Of a DNA stretch of 64,000 bases, positions 38,715 to 52,184 are shown in pieces (within the stretch, counting starts at the first letter, position 1; each line of letters opens with the position of its first letter). The position numbers and the translations under genes were made by a program. The notes below the pieces were generated by a model, which was not told the DNA's origin, ran no database searches, and saw only the letters and a list, made by a program, of their open reading frames with translations. The DNA is from Ginglymostoma cirratum (taxonomy: Eukaryota), in the NCBI GenBank assembly GCA_024137785.1, contig JAHRHZ010000282.1:710401-774400 (forward strand). Direction: 5' to 3'.

Positions 38715-39472
38715 TTTCTGAACTGAGTAAATGGAGCCTGTTATTCGTCTCTTGAAAGATATACTGGATGGCATTTTTACCCAGGCCAATGAAGTAATCT
38801 TTACGTGCGACCTGGATGTGGAGGAAACGTTCACCTTGCTTTACCCGCAGGCAGAGGAAGCTGAGAGAGTTTGCGAAATGAAAAATAATGGACATCATGT
38901 GGGGAGCCAATTCTAGGTCTCTGCTATTCTCGATGCCCCAGAGATTCTTGCGGGCTCGGCTAGCCACCAGAGTGTGTCTCACGCTCAGGGAATTGAGCAT
39001 AAAAATGAGGACGAACTACAGAAATGGTGTTAAGATGTCATACGGCCAGTCGAAGGCATGGCAAGAAAGCAAGGTATAGAGAGTTGATTTGATGTTGCAG
39101 AACAAGGTTACCCCATTCAACACATACAGTGACTGTTCGATAAAATATAAAGGGATGTTCTTAATGTGGATCAAAGCACGGAATATTCCTATGACCAGCG
39201 ATGCAGTTTTCTCTGTGCAATATCTGATCTGGTAAAGGCCGCTGTCAGCCAAACTGAACAGTCCTGAGGAAAGTAATCTAGCACATTGCTGAATCTTCAC
39301 CCAGGGTGGTAGAAAGCAGATTGTACCTGAAATAAGCGTGGTGATTCGGTTGAGGATGATGCAGAGATGACAACAAGGAAAACTGACACTTTTATTGCCA
39401 GTGGGTAGTCGGTGATACACGGTGAAAGTCCACTCTGTCCTCGACATATGATTGCAATTGCCATCAAGTTGG
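38715..39472 (-). pseudogene. GPR139-like exon 2 pseudogene
   Basis: Acceptor cacag|CC AAC gives NLMAIAIICRGQSGLSPCIT, then IILNRI, YCTEKTASLVIG, FCNIKS, DILTPFL, LNSLSVRHTLVASRARK, QETNNRLHLLS. Several frameshifts and deletions. Confidence 0.88.
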
Positions 39473-41944
39473 CTGTGAGGGATCAAAACAGAGAGATCTT
39501 TTACAAAGCAGTCTCGAGCCACCACCCATTGCCTGATCCAAACTGTTACTGAAACTATCCCAATGTGTCTATTTGCCACCTCCAAAGTTAATTAATCACA
39601 TCCAATGCTGAATTGAATATTTCCCAATACAGATATCACTGCAAACGCTGATCAATGCAACACCCGCTCTCTTATCACTCAGTCAATCCAACAGACTGCT
39701 GCAAAATGACAACATGGCTATTAGGACTTTTTTTTAACTTGACACAGACAATCGAAAGAAGTTTTAGCTGATGTAGCGCTTCATATAGTCCAAATCATGG
39801 CTTTCAATGCAGATCACAAAATGCTACCGAGTCTTAGTAAGTTGGGATCAGAATGCAGACAGTAAGACTCTGATAATACAGCTCAGATGAAAACCATCTG
39901 TTTTGAAAAATCCGGTTTTATATGAATTAGAAGGAGAAAGTTTGACCCACGTGAGATGATGGATTTTTAATAATTTTGTGTAAATATACAGACATGCGTC
40001 AGTACAAATGTCGACGTGTAAGTAAATTAGATATTGGGGAATTTAATTAAATTTCTGTATGCAGTTAGCCTTGGGCGCAGAGATAGGTTTTGATAAGCAT
40101 CCTTTAAAGAACGTTTGCTCGGTCAGCAAAACAAAAGAAATGTTTAAACAAGGTAACCCAGTAACAGTAGCAAGAGATATATAACGTAGCAGAAACATTT
40201 GTGGAACAGGTCACTGACCTCCAGAGAGTAAACTGCATCGAACCTAATAAACAGCCTAAAGAATCCAGAATCTTGACAGAAATCTATCAACGCGATTTCA
40301 ATACATGTTATATGATTTTTTTTTTAAAGTAATGGCAACAAAATCCACTCTATTATCAAATTTATGTTTAAAACGTCTTGCAACATGCAGATTAGAAGAA
40401 CCTGTAAAAGACGCGTGCCAGACAAAGAGACTAGGCAAATCAATTTTTCCAAATTGGGTAAGAGGGAGACACTGTATGGGATTTTGTTGCATTAGAATTG
40501 AACATTATGTGCAAAAATATAAATGATAAGTGTTTGTGCTGTATTGTACATTGCGTGTCACAGCCCATCAACGTATTTGATCGTATTTCAATAAATTTAC
40601 AGACTTAAAAAACAAACAATATCTTCTAAAGGTTATGTAAGAGCATTTGATGCGCCTTTATTAACCAGAAAGCAGCGAAATGACTTAAATAAAAACTTTC
40701 ATAAGTTTGGGGGTCGCTCAAAAAGGCAGCATTTCCTGTCCATCTCTCACTGCCTTTGAACTGGAAAGGTTTCTCGGATATTTCAAAGGTGAATCAAGAT
40801 CAATCACATTTCAGTGGGTCTGGAGTATGAAGTAGACAAGACCGGGGAGGATCACAGAATCCACTTTCCTAAAGATCAATAGAGGTCCAGTTGGGGTTTC
40901 ACAGTAAAGGATGATATTTTAATTGTCGCTATTACTGAGACTAGCTTTCAATCCAGGTCCATTATTAATTGAAAAGGAAGAAAGATTCTTTTTTTCCGGA
41001 GATCTGCAAAAGCAAAAACTTAGTTGACATTTGTTACTAATAAAAGCGAGAATGAGATAGCAAGCTGAAAAAAATGAGGCCAATGACAGTCTCATGCTTT
41101 TTCCTTCAGAATTAGCAGAAATGGCTGAAAATGAAGACCTTAGCTGTACGAAACGTTGAGATGGCTTCTCTTTTATTCCGAATCAGAGTGTCTGGAGGGA
41201 AAACTAAGTCACAGCAAGCACAACAGTTATACTTCAACATTGATCAAAAAGATTAATTTGCAGTTTCATACCTTCAGTCTGTATCATTGGCAAAGCGAAT
41301 TAATGGTGTATACCTGTGAGAGAGCTTTTGATGGTGGATTCCGTAGTTCCCTCCTCTCCACAAACTTAACTTTCTGGCTCCATCAATGGTAAATGATGCT
41401 ATCTCTAAAATCGTCTCCTTTACTTCTTCAATTATTTGTTTCTTTTTAAGTGTCTGGTTAGTTCACGTATTTGGTTTATTTGTGAGAGTATTCACATTAT
41501 TTGCATCAACTAAATATTTTAACAGGTGTATATCTGATGCACATGAAATAACTGTCAGCAAATATAAAACAGGATCCAAGGCTGTGGCCATCCAAATTTC
41601 TGGGCCATGCAGAATCTATAGTATACAAGTGCAGGAAGGGTCAACAAACGGTCTGTTCCAATACAAGCAGAGTAACAACTGAAATATGGCTTCGAAATAA
41701 GACCCTTCGGCAGAACAATTAGCATCACTTGCAAAATTTTCTGCTTTAGTGTGCTAAGAGCTGAGGAAGGGCTAAATGTAATATGAACAGTGACAGGGAT
41801 GTTGGGATATTAACTTTAAAAAATCGCCTCAGGGTTAGAGTTAAGAGAGATTTACTGCAAGATGTAGTCTGTTATGATCGTCTGCTCTATTTAACATTTT
41901 GTCACAGAGACGTGACTGCGTGATTTCAACACAGCAAAGCCTAA

Positions 41945-42205
41945 GTGTGGCTCACTGGCTCACCGGTTAACACTGCTGCATTTCAACGCCAGGGACTGCG
42001 TTTAATTCCAGTCAAATGACGGTCTGCTTGATGTCTGCATATTCTCCCACTCTGTTCGTAGATTTACAAAGAGCTCAAAGTTGTGGAGATGAGGTGGATT
42101 GGCCGTGGGCTATGGAGAGGGTAGAGGCGTGAGCCTGGTTGGGATGGTCTTCGAGAGGCCAATGTGGACTCGAATGGCCTGTTCTTATTGCAAGGATTCT
42201 GTCAT
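41945..42205 (+). mobile_element. Degenerate tRNA-derived SINE
   Basis: tggctcaccggttaacactgctgc..gccagggactgcgtttaattcca..gcatattctccc. Confidence 0.7.
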
Positions 42206-45200
42206 TTCATTGCAATTCAGGTATATAAATGGTCATGCACCCTAGTTACTAGAAAAGACTTAGACCAGTATAACAGAGTTAGGATCAACGTCACATCAAC
42301 AGTGCACCAATAACTGATGGTGACGTTATAATTCGGGGACCCATTCATGTGGAGTGAGCAACAGGAATAGTAGTGATAATAGGGTTCATTACATTGAATG
42401 GAACTGACAGCATATTTTGCAGCAAAAAAGACAGAGACTATAAGTTTGTGTTGATTAATTTTACCATGTTTGGTGTACCTACTCAATGATGGATAGACAG
42501 AATGAAGAGCAGGTATCAAATGAAGAAGCAGGTGAGGATGGGACAACAGACAAGAGAAATGAATGGATGCCTCAAATATTGCTGCAGCAGATATGGGTTT
42601 CAATCCCTGGGCTATGGCGCCAGTACGGTAAGCAGAATTATCCCGTTCTGATAGCCTAATACAATTTCTGCTGAGGGAAGTAGTGAGGGTTCTAAAAATT
42701 GAAGGTTCAGGATCACATTTAGAAACATTGGTTAAATCAAAGAATTGCAGCAAAGGCACTCTTTTGGGAAATGAACAGCAGTACATGATCTGATGAAGCA
42801 GAACGCGCAAATAAAACATGAGTGTAAAACGACAGATGAAACCGGATGTTACAAGAATAATTAACGGTCAAAACTAAAATACCTGTACTAAAACACATGA
42901 AACATTTCAACGAAGACAAGTAAAATGGTAGTTTAAATGGAAATAAACAAGTATAATCAGGTAGTCATTGCAGAGGCCAAGCTTCCACACCTCGTTATTT
43001 TAAATTAGAAGGTTGGGCCCACTGAGAGCTTGCATTGGACATTCCTGCAAAAACATTTTGTTTTGTCTCTGTGGTGCAATTGGCTATCTAAAAGTTTGGT
43101 GATATGAGATATTCAAGGGACAAATCTTTCATTCTTTTCACCCCATCTGCAGTCTTTGCGGCAGAGTTCCGGGTTCTCAATGGGTTCAAGAAGGTATTAA
43201 ATAAATAAAGTTCAGAGTCAATGAGTAACCATAGAAGTGTTGATACATTTTCCCTTTGATGGAAGTCCACAGGAAAACTATCGATAAACTGCCTGCTCCG
43301 CATACTTAGATTTACCACTGAGAAATCTACGAAGTTATTGGATTCAAACAAACCCATCAATGGTTCTCTCTCCATCAACTCACATTTAAGGAGAACAGGA
43401 AAATCAGAAAAGTGAGATTATAGCCCGCTCACTGAAAGTCCAAACTTATTTGCACAATCAACGAGTGAATGAGTCACAAATAAATGTCATGCCAACTTCT
43501 TGAAACTTATGCCAGCAATGTTCCTTCATTTGTTTGAAAAGTTGATGCTGTGAATCTGAAAATGAGTTCCATGGGACTTGGATCAGTGAGTGATTTGTGT
43601 GCTGTTTTTCATCTATCAGGTTGGTAATTTTCTTTATATTGGGTGTTGAAGCGAATCTATTTCAGAATGAGGACAGAGATCGGGTCAACATAAAATCTAG
43701 GAGCACATGCTGCAACACTGAATGCCAAACTTTAGGATGAGATGCAGGTAAAATGCGATTGGATGCATTTCCATAATTTTCCGTCAGAAGTAAGGCCTCC
43801 TTCAGAAAATATGTATGTGGGAATTATTTAAACACCTATAACAAGTAGGCCTGGAAATGGATATCTATTTCAAACTTTAATATTGAAACTGTGAATACGG
43901 GACATCATGAATTGTCCATGCAACGAACGATCGAAGAAAAGGGAGGAAGTTTGTAAATTACACTTCAGCTGAGAAGCAGTTCCACCTACACCTCCGGTCA
44001 GACACATTATCTAGTGCACCACTGGCGCAGCTCTGATATGCTGCCCTTGGCTCATGTCGTGCAGAATTATGGTGTTAACAATTTTGGATATCCTTTTCAT
44101 ATGTGAAAGATCTGTGCCACTTTCGAATTCTCCAACCCATAGGTGTGTGGATACTTGGTGGTTAATGAAGTCTTAAATGCAGACATTTAAGGTTCTAAAT
44201 GAATGGAGGTCTGTCGGGATTGGGTGGAAAACTCATGTTGAGACTAGCGTTATACCAGGACCTAATGAGGTAAAATCAGGATCGAGGGCCCTGAACTCCT
44301 GCTCTGATGTCCCATTGTAGTGGCGATAACTGACCATTAGAGGGCACTTGAGTGATGCTGTGGTCGAGTGTGAGGTTTCAGTTTCTGTCTCTTTGAAGTG
44401 CAGTTGAAATATTAGGCTCCATTTCAGGTACATCTTTGTGTCTTGTAGTGAGTAAGTGCTGTTCCAATGAAGACAGGCATTTGCCTGGTTCTTTCTGATC
44501 AGAAGAACAAGGAGCACCAATTTCTCTCAAAGTGGAGAATGTGTTGATTTTTTTTTCAAACAAGTCCGCAGGGACACACCTGTGAAATACTTTTCGGTGC
44601 AGCCGATATGAACACCATTTGCACATGTTTCCTTGTCAGGACAATGATCGAGTAGTTAAGGTAGCGTGTTTAGGACTCAATGAAATCGATCTCACCACGT
44701 CTGAATCTTATCTCCTATCTTAGTTTCTATCACTGACTTTAATGATGTATAAGAATCGCCCAGGGTTTACCGTATAAAATTGAGCCCGTTTTCTCGTTTC
44801 AATTCATTCCCAGGGAAACCGAAATTGACGGCCGCAAAGAGAAAAGAATCTCAGACAGATAGGGGATATCCTTCTTCTCTAGGGATCTGTCACTGTTCAG
44901 ACCTTTCCCACTCTCGGAGGTTATCTCTGTTTTTCTTTGCGGGTGTCGAGATGATTCTAATCCCCATTGTGAAAAGAAACCCATATTTTAGCGTGGATTT
45001 TCATTGTAAAACCCAAAAGAGAAAATAAAACAGAAGACCTGTGTATCTAATACGATTCCTCCCAGATGGTTACAGCTAAATTCTTTAACTCCCTCCCGCC
45101 ATCTTCCTCCTGGCCCGGTGTGATACCTCCACATGTGATGGGATACTATTACTGAATTTGGTGGAGCTGCTCTGCCTCTGTGTTTGTTGTGTTTAAAGCC

Positions 45201-46331
45201 AGGAATTCAAGTTCATTTTAAGAGTGTGTACAACAAGACCAAATCCCCATTTTCTGAGCAGGAATCAAAGCGATGCCATGGTGGTGAAAGAGCAAATTCA
45301 CCACGAAGACAGCACCAGAGAAGGTTTTGGTCAGCCTTGTACATTGTTTTTCATGACAAAGAGTCTCTGCAGATCCACAATCCCGGATTAGTCTCTTTGA
45401 TTTTAATCGCAATGAACAGGCAGGAGCTGGACAACAGAGAACAGGCAGAGGACAGAGAAAGAGGGAGAAGATTGGGAGTGGAGGAAGGAATGTGGATATG
45501 GATTTCGAAGTTCAGCTCAGAGATCAGGCAGCATGTGAGAGACAGGAATTTCCTGATTTGGGGAAACAAAAGATGATAAGACACATGGATCATGTACAGT
45601 TTATACAGGACAATATTATTCTCCTCGTGTCAACGTAAGGTTAACAAATAGTTTACTGAACTGCTGAGTCCAAAAAGTTGGTTCAATGGAATTGATCGTA
45701 GATAATTATTTTCATGTGTATGGAGTTCGATAATCTAAGGAACAAGATCAGGAGTATTGACAAAAAAACTGTATTTTAATCATTGAACATTATTATAATC
45801 TAAAATTTCCGATGTAACTGGACGTAGAATCAATGCTAACTTTCAGAATGGTATTGTAAAGACACTTAGAAAGAAATAAAATTTGCAGAGCTACCGAATG
45901 TGGAAAGAGCTCCGGTTCTGAAATTAATTACATGCATGTTTCAAAGAGCAGGCACAGACACAATGGGCCGAAAAGTTTCAATTTGTATTATACAATTCGT
46001 GACGTTTTATTCCCTCCCCCTCTATTTGTTCCTCAGTGATTCTGTTGCTGAGGGGGCAATGGGGTCATAGACTTCTCAACGTCCATCAGATCCGGATGCA
46101 GCTGAGTGTTGTCGCATTGTTTCTGTTCCCACACAGCGTAATGCGTTCACTCAGAGCCGAGTCTGAGTTTGTTGCTCTCTCAGCTTCAATTCGTTGCTGT
46201 GGCTCTGACACACATTCCTTTCTCTTTTGTTATTTGAGAGATCACTGCAGTCATTGAGTGGAACAGCTCTTAACAAGGACCTCGGACAGACGTTTTTTCC
46301 AGACTGTTGAATTACAAACACAGAGTGCACC

Positions 46332-46805
46332 ATGACGAATCTTCTCACTCCGCTCCTCATCATTATCACTCTTTTCAGTAAGTGTTTCCTTACCAGTAAC
46401 ATCCCATTTCCGCGGACATAGATGTTTGCAACAAAATGTTATTATTCATTAAGCAATTACGGGAATGACGATTTTGAATTTTGTTTTTTTTTTGTTAGAA
46501 TGGAGCCAGCAAGACAAAGTGGAACAGCCTGATTCTGAAATGACGGTTAAAGAGGGCAACAATGTCACACTAACCTGCAACTTGAAGACAAGCGATTTCA
46601 GCCCTTATGTTTACTGGTACAATCAACTGCCGGGGCAGCCTCCTCACTACCTCGTTTATATGCTGACAGCAGGGGCTGCGAAAAGAAATCCAGATTTGTC
46701 TAACCGAGTCTCTTTCACATTTAATAAATCCACAAAGATTACTGAGTTAGCAATCAGCAAGGCCATTTTCTCTGACTCTGCCATGTATTTCTGTGCTATG
46801 AAGCC
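46332..46805 (+). CDS. TCR alpha/delta-type V gene segment (leader 46332-46377; V exon 46499-46805), apparently intact
   Basis: Leader MTNLLTPLLIIITLF A|gtaagt; acceptor ttag. DKVEQP..VTLTC..YVYWYNQLPGQPP..DSAMYFCAMK; all Ig-V hallmark residues present. Confidence 0.9.
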
Positions 46806-46845
46806 CACAATGATGCAAAGTTATGGCGCAGCCCCTACAAAAACT
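46806..46845 (+). promoter_or_regulatory. Recombination signal sequence (24-nt spacer)
   Basis: cacaatg (46806-12) + 24 nt + acaaaaact (46837-45). Confidence 0.8.
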
Positions 46846-47424
46846 CACTGAGAGTGTCAGTTAGAGCTCACCAGAAGGTGCTTTCATGCAGTGGACCAGA
46901 AAAAAAAACAATTCAGCTCTAGAGAATGAGTCACAGAGCAGAGTCTTAACGTGCGAAAAACAGATATAATTTTAAAAATGCTTCCGACTTTGCCCAAAAT
47001 AAACTAATCCAGTATCTACAATTCTCGTCCCTCCAGTCAGTGACTTTTATTCATATCCATGGAATTTTCATTTCACTGGGGATCCTCAAACATTTTTTTA
47101 AATGTAATACCTGCTGTTTGGTGCTTTAAGTCAGAAATGCCTGCTTCCCATTGACAGAAATGGCAGATGAGTAGCGACAAGAAGTGAAATATCTCACTTT
47201 TTTGTCCGTAGGATGAGAGAGAATTCATCAGAAAAAGTACCAGAGACCGCAAGCTCAGACTTCTGTCTGAAATAAGTGTTATTTCTGCAATAACTCTCTG
47301 AAATATTGATTGAGTGAAAGTTTCAAATTTGAAATCCAGAATGGGCTCTGTTGGACATCCAAAAATAATTATCTTTTAAATTAAAATCTTGAAAGCAATG
47401 TGCGAAACACGAGCTGCAACTCAG

Positions 47425-48342
47425 GGTTTGAGTGAGGATTTGTAGCTTGGGTTCTGGTTGTAGTTGTTGGTCAGTTCACCAAGCTAGGAGATCTTGTGAC
47501 AGACATTTCGACCCCTCACCAGGTGACATATCCACTGTTGTGGAGCCTCCTGTGAAAGACTGTCGCCTTGTGCCGGTTCGAATTTACACGGTTTGGTTTT
47601 AGCTGCGTCCGGTTGGTGTCAGTTCTGGCCGTGCATTGTAATGGTTAGTGTACACCGGCAGCTTCATTCACAAAGGCCTCACCAACAGACAACACAACCA
47701 GGACACACCAAAACTCAAAACAATATCCAGCATACCATACATTAGGAAACAAAACACCTCAGAACCTAAAGCCAGACTACTCAGAGTGCTAGCAATCTTG
47801 ACAGCCCAGAAACCAGCAGCCACACTAAGACAGCAACTGAACAGATTTAAAGAGCTAATCTATATCATGGACAAGACTAATGTGGTCTGCAGATACCATG
47901 CCGAGACTGCACAGAACACTACGTGGGACAAACAGGTAAACAAACTGCAACCGGCGTCCATGAACACCAGTGAGCAACTAAACGACACGACCAGATGTCT
48001 TCAGTTTCAATACACACAGACGAGAAAAAATACGCTTCCAACTGGGACAACACTACGATCATTGGACAAGCCAAACGGAGGACATCCAGAGAATTCTTGG
48101 AAGCTTGGGTATCATTCACCGACTCCATCAACAAACACGTTGAATTAGACCCGATATAGCGACCGTTACAACTCACAGCCGGAACTGGCAGCCCCTGGAA
48201 GCAGCAAAAACCAGACCGTATAAATTCGAACTGGCACAAGACAATGGCGCTTCACAGGAGGTTCCAGAGCACTGAGGATGTCACCTCGTAAAGGGACGAA
48301 GTGTCTGCAACCAAACCTCCCAGCTCGTCGAACACACCAACA
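47425..48342 (+). mobile_element. Penelope-like element fragment (GIY-YIG C-terminus) with inverted terminal repeats
   Basis: Frameshifted SIPYIR..KTNVV..PCRDC..YVGQT..HEH..REFLEAW..INKH. ~47463-47597 is the reverse complement of ~48211-48341, which carries a decayed hammerhead-like ctgaggatgtc...gacgaag. Confidence 0.8.
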
Positions 48343-50727
48343 TTTACATGAGCTGGAACGTTTGGTCTAAATGTTTTGTCAAAATGCACGCTTTCAAGTA
48401 AATAATACGGTTACGTATTAACAATAAGACACCGGGCAGGATGTCATCCACATAGATTCTTTCATTTCAAATCAACATGTTGCTACTTCAGTCTTCCAAT
48501 TAAATAGAATATCTGGGATAACATAATTGTGGGATTTACCAGATAATATAATCGAAGAGGTGACGATTAAGTAAAAAAGATCAAAATATGAAATGCTGGA
48601 AACCACAGTGGAGCAGGCAGCAGTCGTGGAGAGAGAGCAAGCTAAAGTTTTAAGTCGATGTGACCCTTCACCATAGCTTGTAAAAAGTAAAAAGTATACC
48701 CAGACATATTTAATCAAACAGATTTGAAGAGAAACGTGTTCTACCTGAAATAGCTGTTTGTCAAGACTTAGGAAGATGTAACTGATCTTCTTGTTTCTGC
48801 TGGCAGAGACTCAAAGCAATATCCAATCAGCTAACTAATTAGCTGATCAGCAATATAAACAGCTAATAAAGGAAGATTGAAATCGGTGTCCTCCTGTAGT
48901 TGAGATTGATACTGAACTTGAACTTTGGAAGTATTTTTCCTATCCTCATTCATGTAAGGCGGAAAACTTCAACATTGCCCTTTCAGGGCACAGCTTCGAT
49001 TGTTCGTTCACAAAGGGAAATTGATACCGTTTAGCCAATAGATTTGCCATTGAAACGGATTTGGTTTGAGAATTTTAAGTAGTTAATGTCTGAGATTGGC
49101 ACTTGTACTGCTGCTTGGAATGCACCGAGGTGCAGGAAGAGGTATAAAACACCTTCACTGCATGGTTAATAGGGAATGTGTCTTACAATTATCAACAAAA
49201 TTGGCAATGCATTGACAATCTGGACAGTACTATATGAAAGAATGTATTTGATTTCATTCTCGCTCTAGATATTCTTAGCAGATGCTGCTGGCTGGGCAGA
49301 AGGCTCGCGTTGTCCTGATTCAGTGATTGTTGCCTACATGGAGAAACTGCACTTTTGAGCTTTTCCATCAGAGCTGATGAATGTACTCCTATTCATTAGT
49401 ATGAGTCGCCAAGTAAGGGTTCTTGTCGCACATACGGAGCCTGCATTCAAGTCTCACCTCTTCTGAGGGTGCGTGACCAGGTCTCTGAAAAGTTGATAAG
49501 AAAATTTCTACAATGACTGTAGTGCCCAATAAGTTGTACCAGTGATCATGAACGAAACGTATATCTGTCTATTTCAGCAAAGAAGCTGCCTTATTGTCTA
49601 CTCTCTTAATGCTGGCGACAGTCGAGGATAGGACATTGTCACGTTGCACCTGTTTCCTTGGGATGATGTGTCATAGATTCACAACAACTTCACAATTTAA
49701 AGCACGGTGTTGTTCGGCCATTTATAGCTTGTACAAATATCTGAACATTCAGAATATTCTCAAACTGAGTGTTGAATTAATCAGAAAAGTGTCAATGCAC
49801 TTGTGAAATATTTTTGAGCTTTTGTGTTTCAGAGATGTTGTGTCCGGGATATTAGCTTTTGTCTGTGTTGTGCCTCATTGCACAGTAATCGCCCGCGGTA
49901 ACTGCTACACCCAAGACTGTTTAAATGAGATAACCGCACTTATTACAGTTGTCAGCAGCTGCCATATATATGGTCCTGAAATGTAATGACAAGAATTATT
50001 AAGGTCAAAGGAGTCTAGTTCAATAGCGATATGTGGAAGAATTCATTGTTTTTGAGGTTCATCATTATTTGGGACTGTCTTTTCCGGATGACACAACGTT
50101 CCAATGCATGATAGCTAGTTAATGGGAAAACGAAACTGAATATCTGAAAATGTGAGAACGAGCAAGACTGTGAGGAAGGCTTACGAACAATTGGGGAATA
50201 GATTGCAGACAGCTGACTGTATTCAATCTGAGAAACCAGCCAATTACAACTGTTCTCTATCAATGGGTAAACTCAAGGACTGACACATTTTAGAACCCGA
50301 ATAAGAGTTAATGTCCATTTCGTTATTTAGTTAAAACACTTGGAACAGTCAGTTTATGTCGATAAAGTTGTCCTCTTAACGGGAAAGGGAATCGGAGATT
50401 ATGCAGGAGGGTGGATACATCACAGATCACAAATGATCATATTAAATAGCAGAACAAGTTTAAGGGGCCAACTGGCCTTCTGAACGTCCCATTCTGTGTT
50501 TCTGCGGCTAGTTCTCTGACGTTATTCACTTCAGAACAAAGGGGTGGTGAGCTGATTAGATGTCGAGTGGTGTCTCTGTCAGAAATGAACCAATCAGCAG
50601 TGACTCCAGATATGACGCAACATCTTCCCAAAACTAAGTTGAAACAATTTAACTTTAAACCCACCATCAGCTCTGAGCTGAAAGAATTCAGCTTTACCTC
50701 CCTCTTTTAAAACCCTTCATTATAAAC

Positions 50728-51244
50728 ATGTCGGCTCTTACTTTCTACTCATTCCTAAATGCCGCATTTCTCTTAACTGGTAATTTTCTGAGTTGCAAAA
50801 TGTTCACTTGTATGCAACATTTGGAGACCTAACTTCCCTTTACCCGTCTTTCCCTGCATTGAAATACATGTGCTTAATTTCGTAACATTGATAATAATTG
50901 TCCTTTTTAACAGCATCGTCTTTCTAATTTTTTGCAGGTGTTAAATGTTCAGACTCTGTCTTACAGGAGCCGATTACGGTAATAGAAGTTGAAGGAGGTT
51001 CAGTGACCATTCATTTCAGCTATTCTACCAGAGATGATTCATTTTCTTTGCAATTGTATCGTCAGGACCCGGGTAAATCGCCAACATTCTTGATCTACAT
51101 CCATAAATATGGAAATGTCATCAGAGCAAATGGCGTTGGCATTCGATTTTCTGCAGCTCTGGAAGCTTCAAAAACTGAGGGGAATTTCACAATTGATGAG
51201 CTGCAGCTGTCTGACAGTGCGGTGTATTACTGCGGGCTGAGAGA
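50728..51244 (+). CDS. TCR alpha/delta-type V segment, open frame but lacking Cys23 and Trp41 (leader 50728-50779; V exon 50938-51244)
   Basis: Leader MSALTFYSFLNAAFLLT G|gtaatt; acceptor ttgcag. DSVLQEP..GSVTIH[F]SYST..SLQ[L]YRQDPGKSP..LSDSAVYYCGLR. Confidence 0.8.
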
Positions 51245-51283
51245 CACATTGACTCGAACAAGAAGGCACCCTGTACAAAAACA
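51245..51283 (+). promoter_or_regulatory. 23-RSS
   Basis: cacattg + 23 nt + acaaaaaca. Confidence 0.85.
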
Positions 51284-52145
51284 CCATCTCGCTCTAACGA
51301 AGTATGCCTGGTAAAGTCGAGAGTGGCATTTACTTCCTAAATATACCAGAATGCGCTGAAGTCAAACAAACAAAAGTAACTAACAAGCCGAGAGCCACAG
51401 GTTCTGCATTGGGCAATGTTCCCTCTCCTCATTTTATGTTGAGTACATTATGAAGACAAATGAAAGTATGTAATTAGAGAATTTATATTGAACAAACTAA
51501 AGTCATTCCACTCGAATCAACATCGATTCTACAATACCTGACAATGTGTTCCAGCCAGTAAGGAAATTTCACAAGGCAACAACCACAGGACACAGCGCGA
51601 CACTTCATAAGATGAGAAAAACACCGACAGCCTTATCTGGACGATTTGGAATTCCAAACACAATTCCTTGAAACTTTCTGACAAGTTTTCAATTCGGCTC
51701 TTGACCTCTATCTGGTTTCTGATCATCAATTAGCCATTCAGGAACCTGGAGAGTAGCAGATCTCTGTTCCAGATTCTTAGGACTTCCACTGGGTAGGTTT
51801 CAATGTCTACTGAAAATTTATGGAAATAAAAACTGATTGTTCCTTTGCAGAAGGATCTTTCTGAAACTGCCAGACGAGGACATTTCTCGTTCCACCTGAC
51901 GCATTTGTTTTCTACATTGCAGTTGTCAGTTCCAGGATTTCCCCCAAATAAACAGCAAACGTTTGCTCCCTTACACAATCAGTGTCAATATCAGAATCAA
52001 TAATTCACGTGAAGGATTTTAACTGATGTTTATGCGTATTATGGTCGAAGTTTGCCCCCACGGGAAAGTACAGAAGTGTCAGCGTGTGAGACCCAGTTTT
52101 AAACAGCCCTGAGCAGGCAGCAGCTGCGGCCCAGAAAAGTGCAGC

Positions 52146-52184
52146 AGTTGTTGTACGAGGTTTTCGTTCGTTCGCATGACTGTG
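52146..52184 (-). promoter_or_regulatory. 23-RSS
   Basis: Minus strand cacagtc + 23 nt + acaacaact. Confidence 0.85.

Noticed and set aside
42217-42819. 200-aa minus-strand ORF
   Set aside because: No recognisable domain or splice context; composition looks like chance translation of non-coding DNA.
48870-49340. V-like words on the minus strand (QREPS, KFSA, LQEDT)
   Set aside because: Spacing too long for a V exon; no WYRQ, YYC or RSS.
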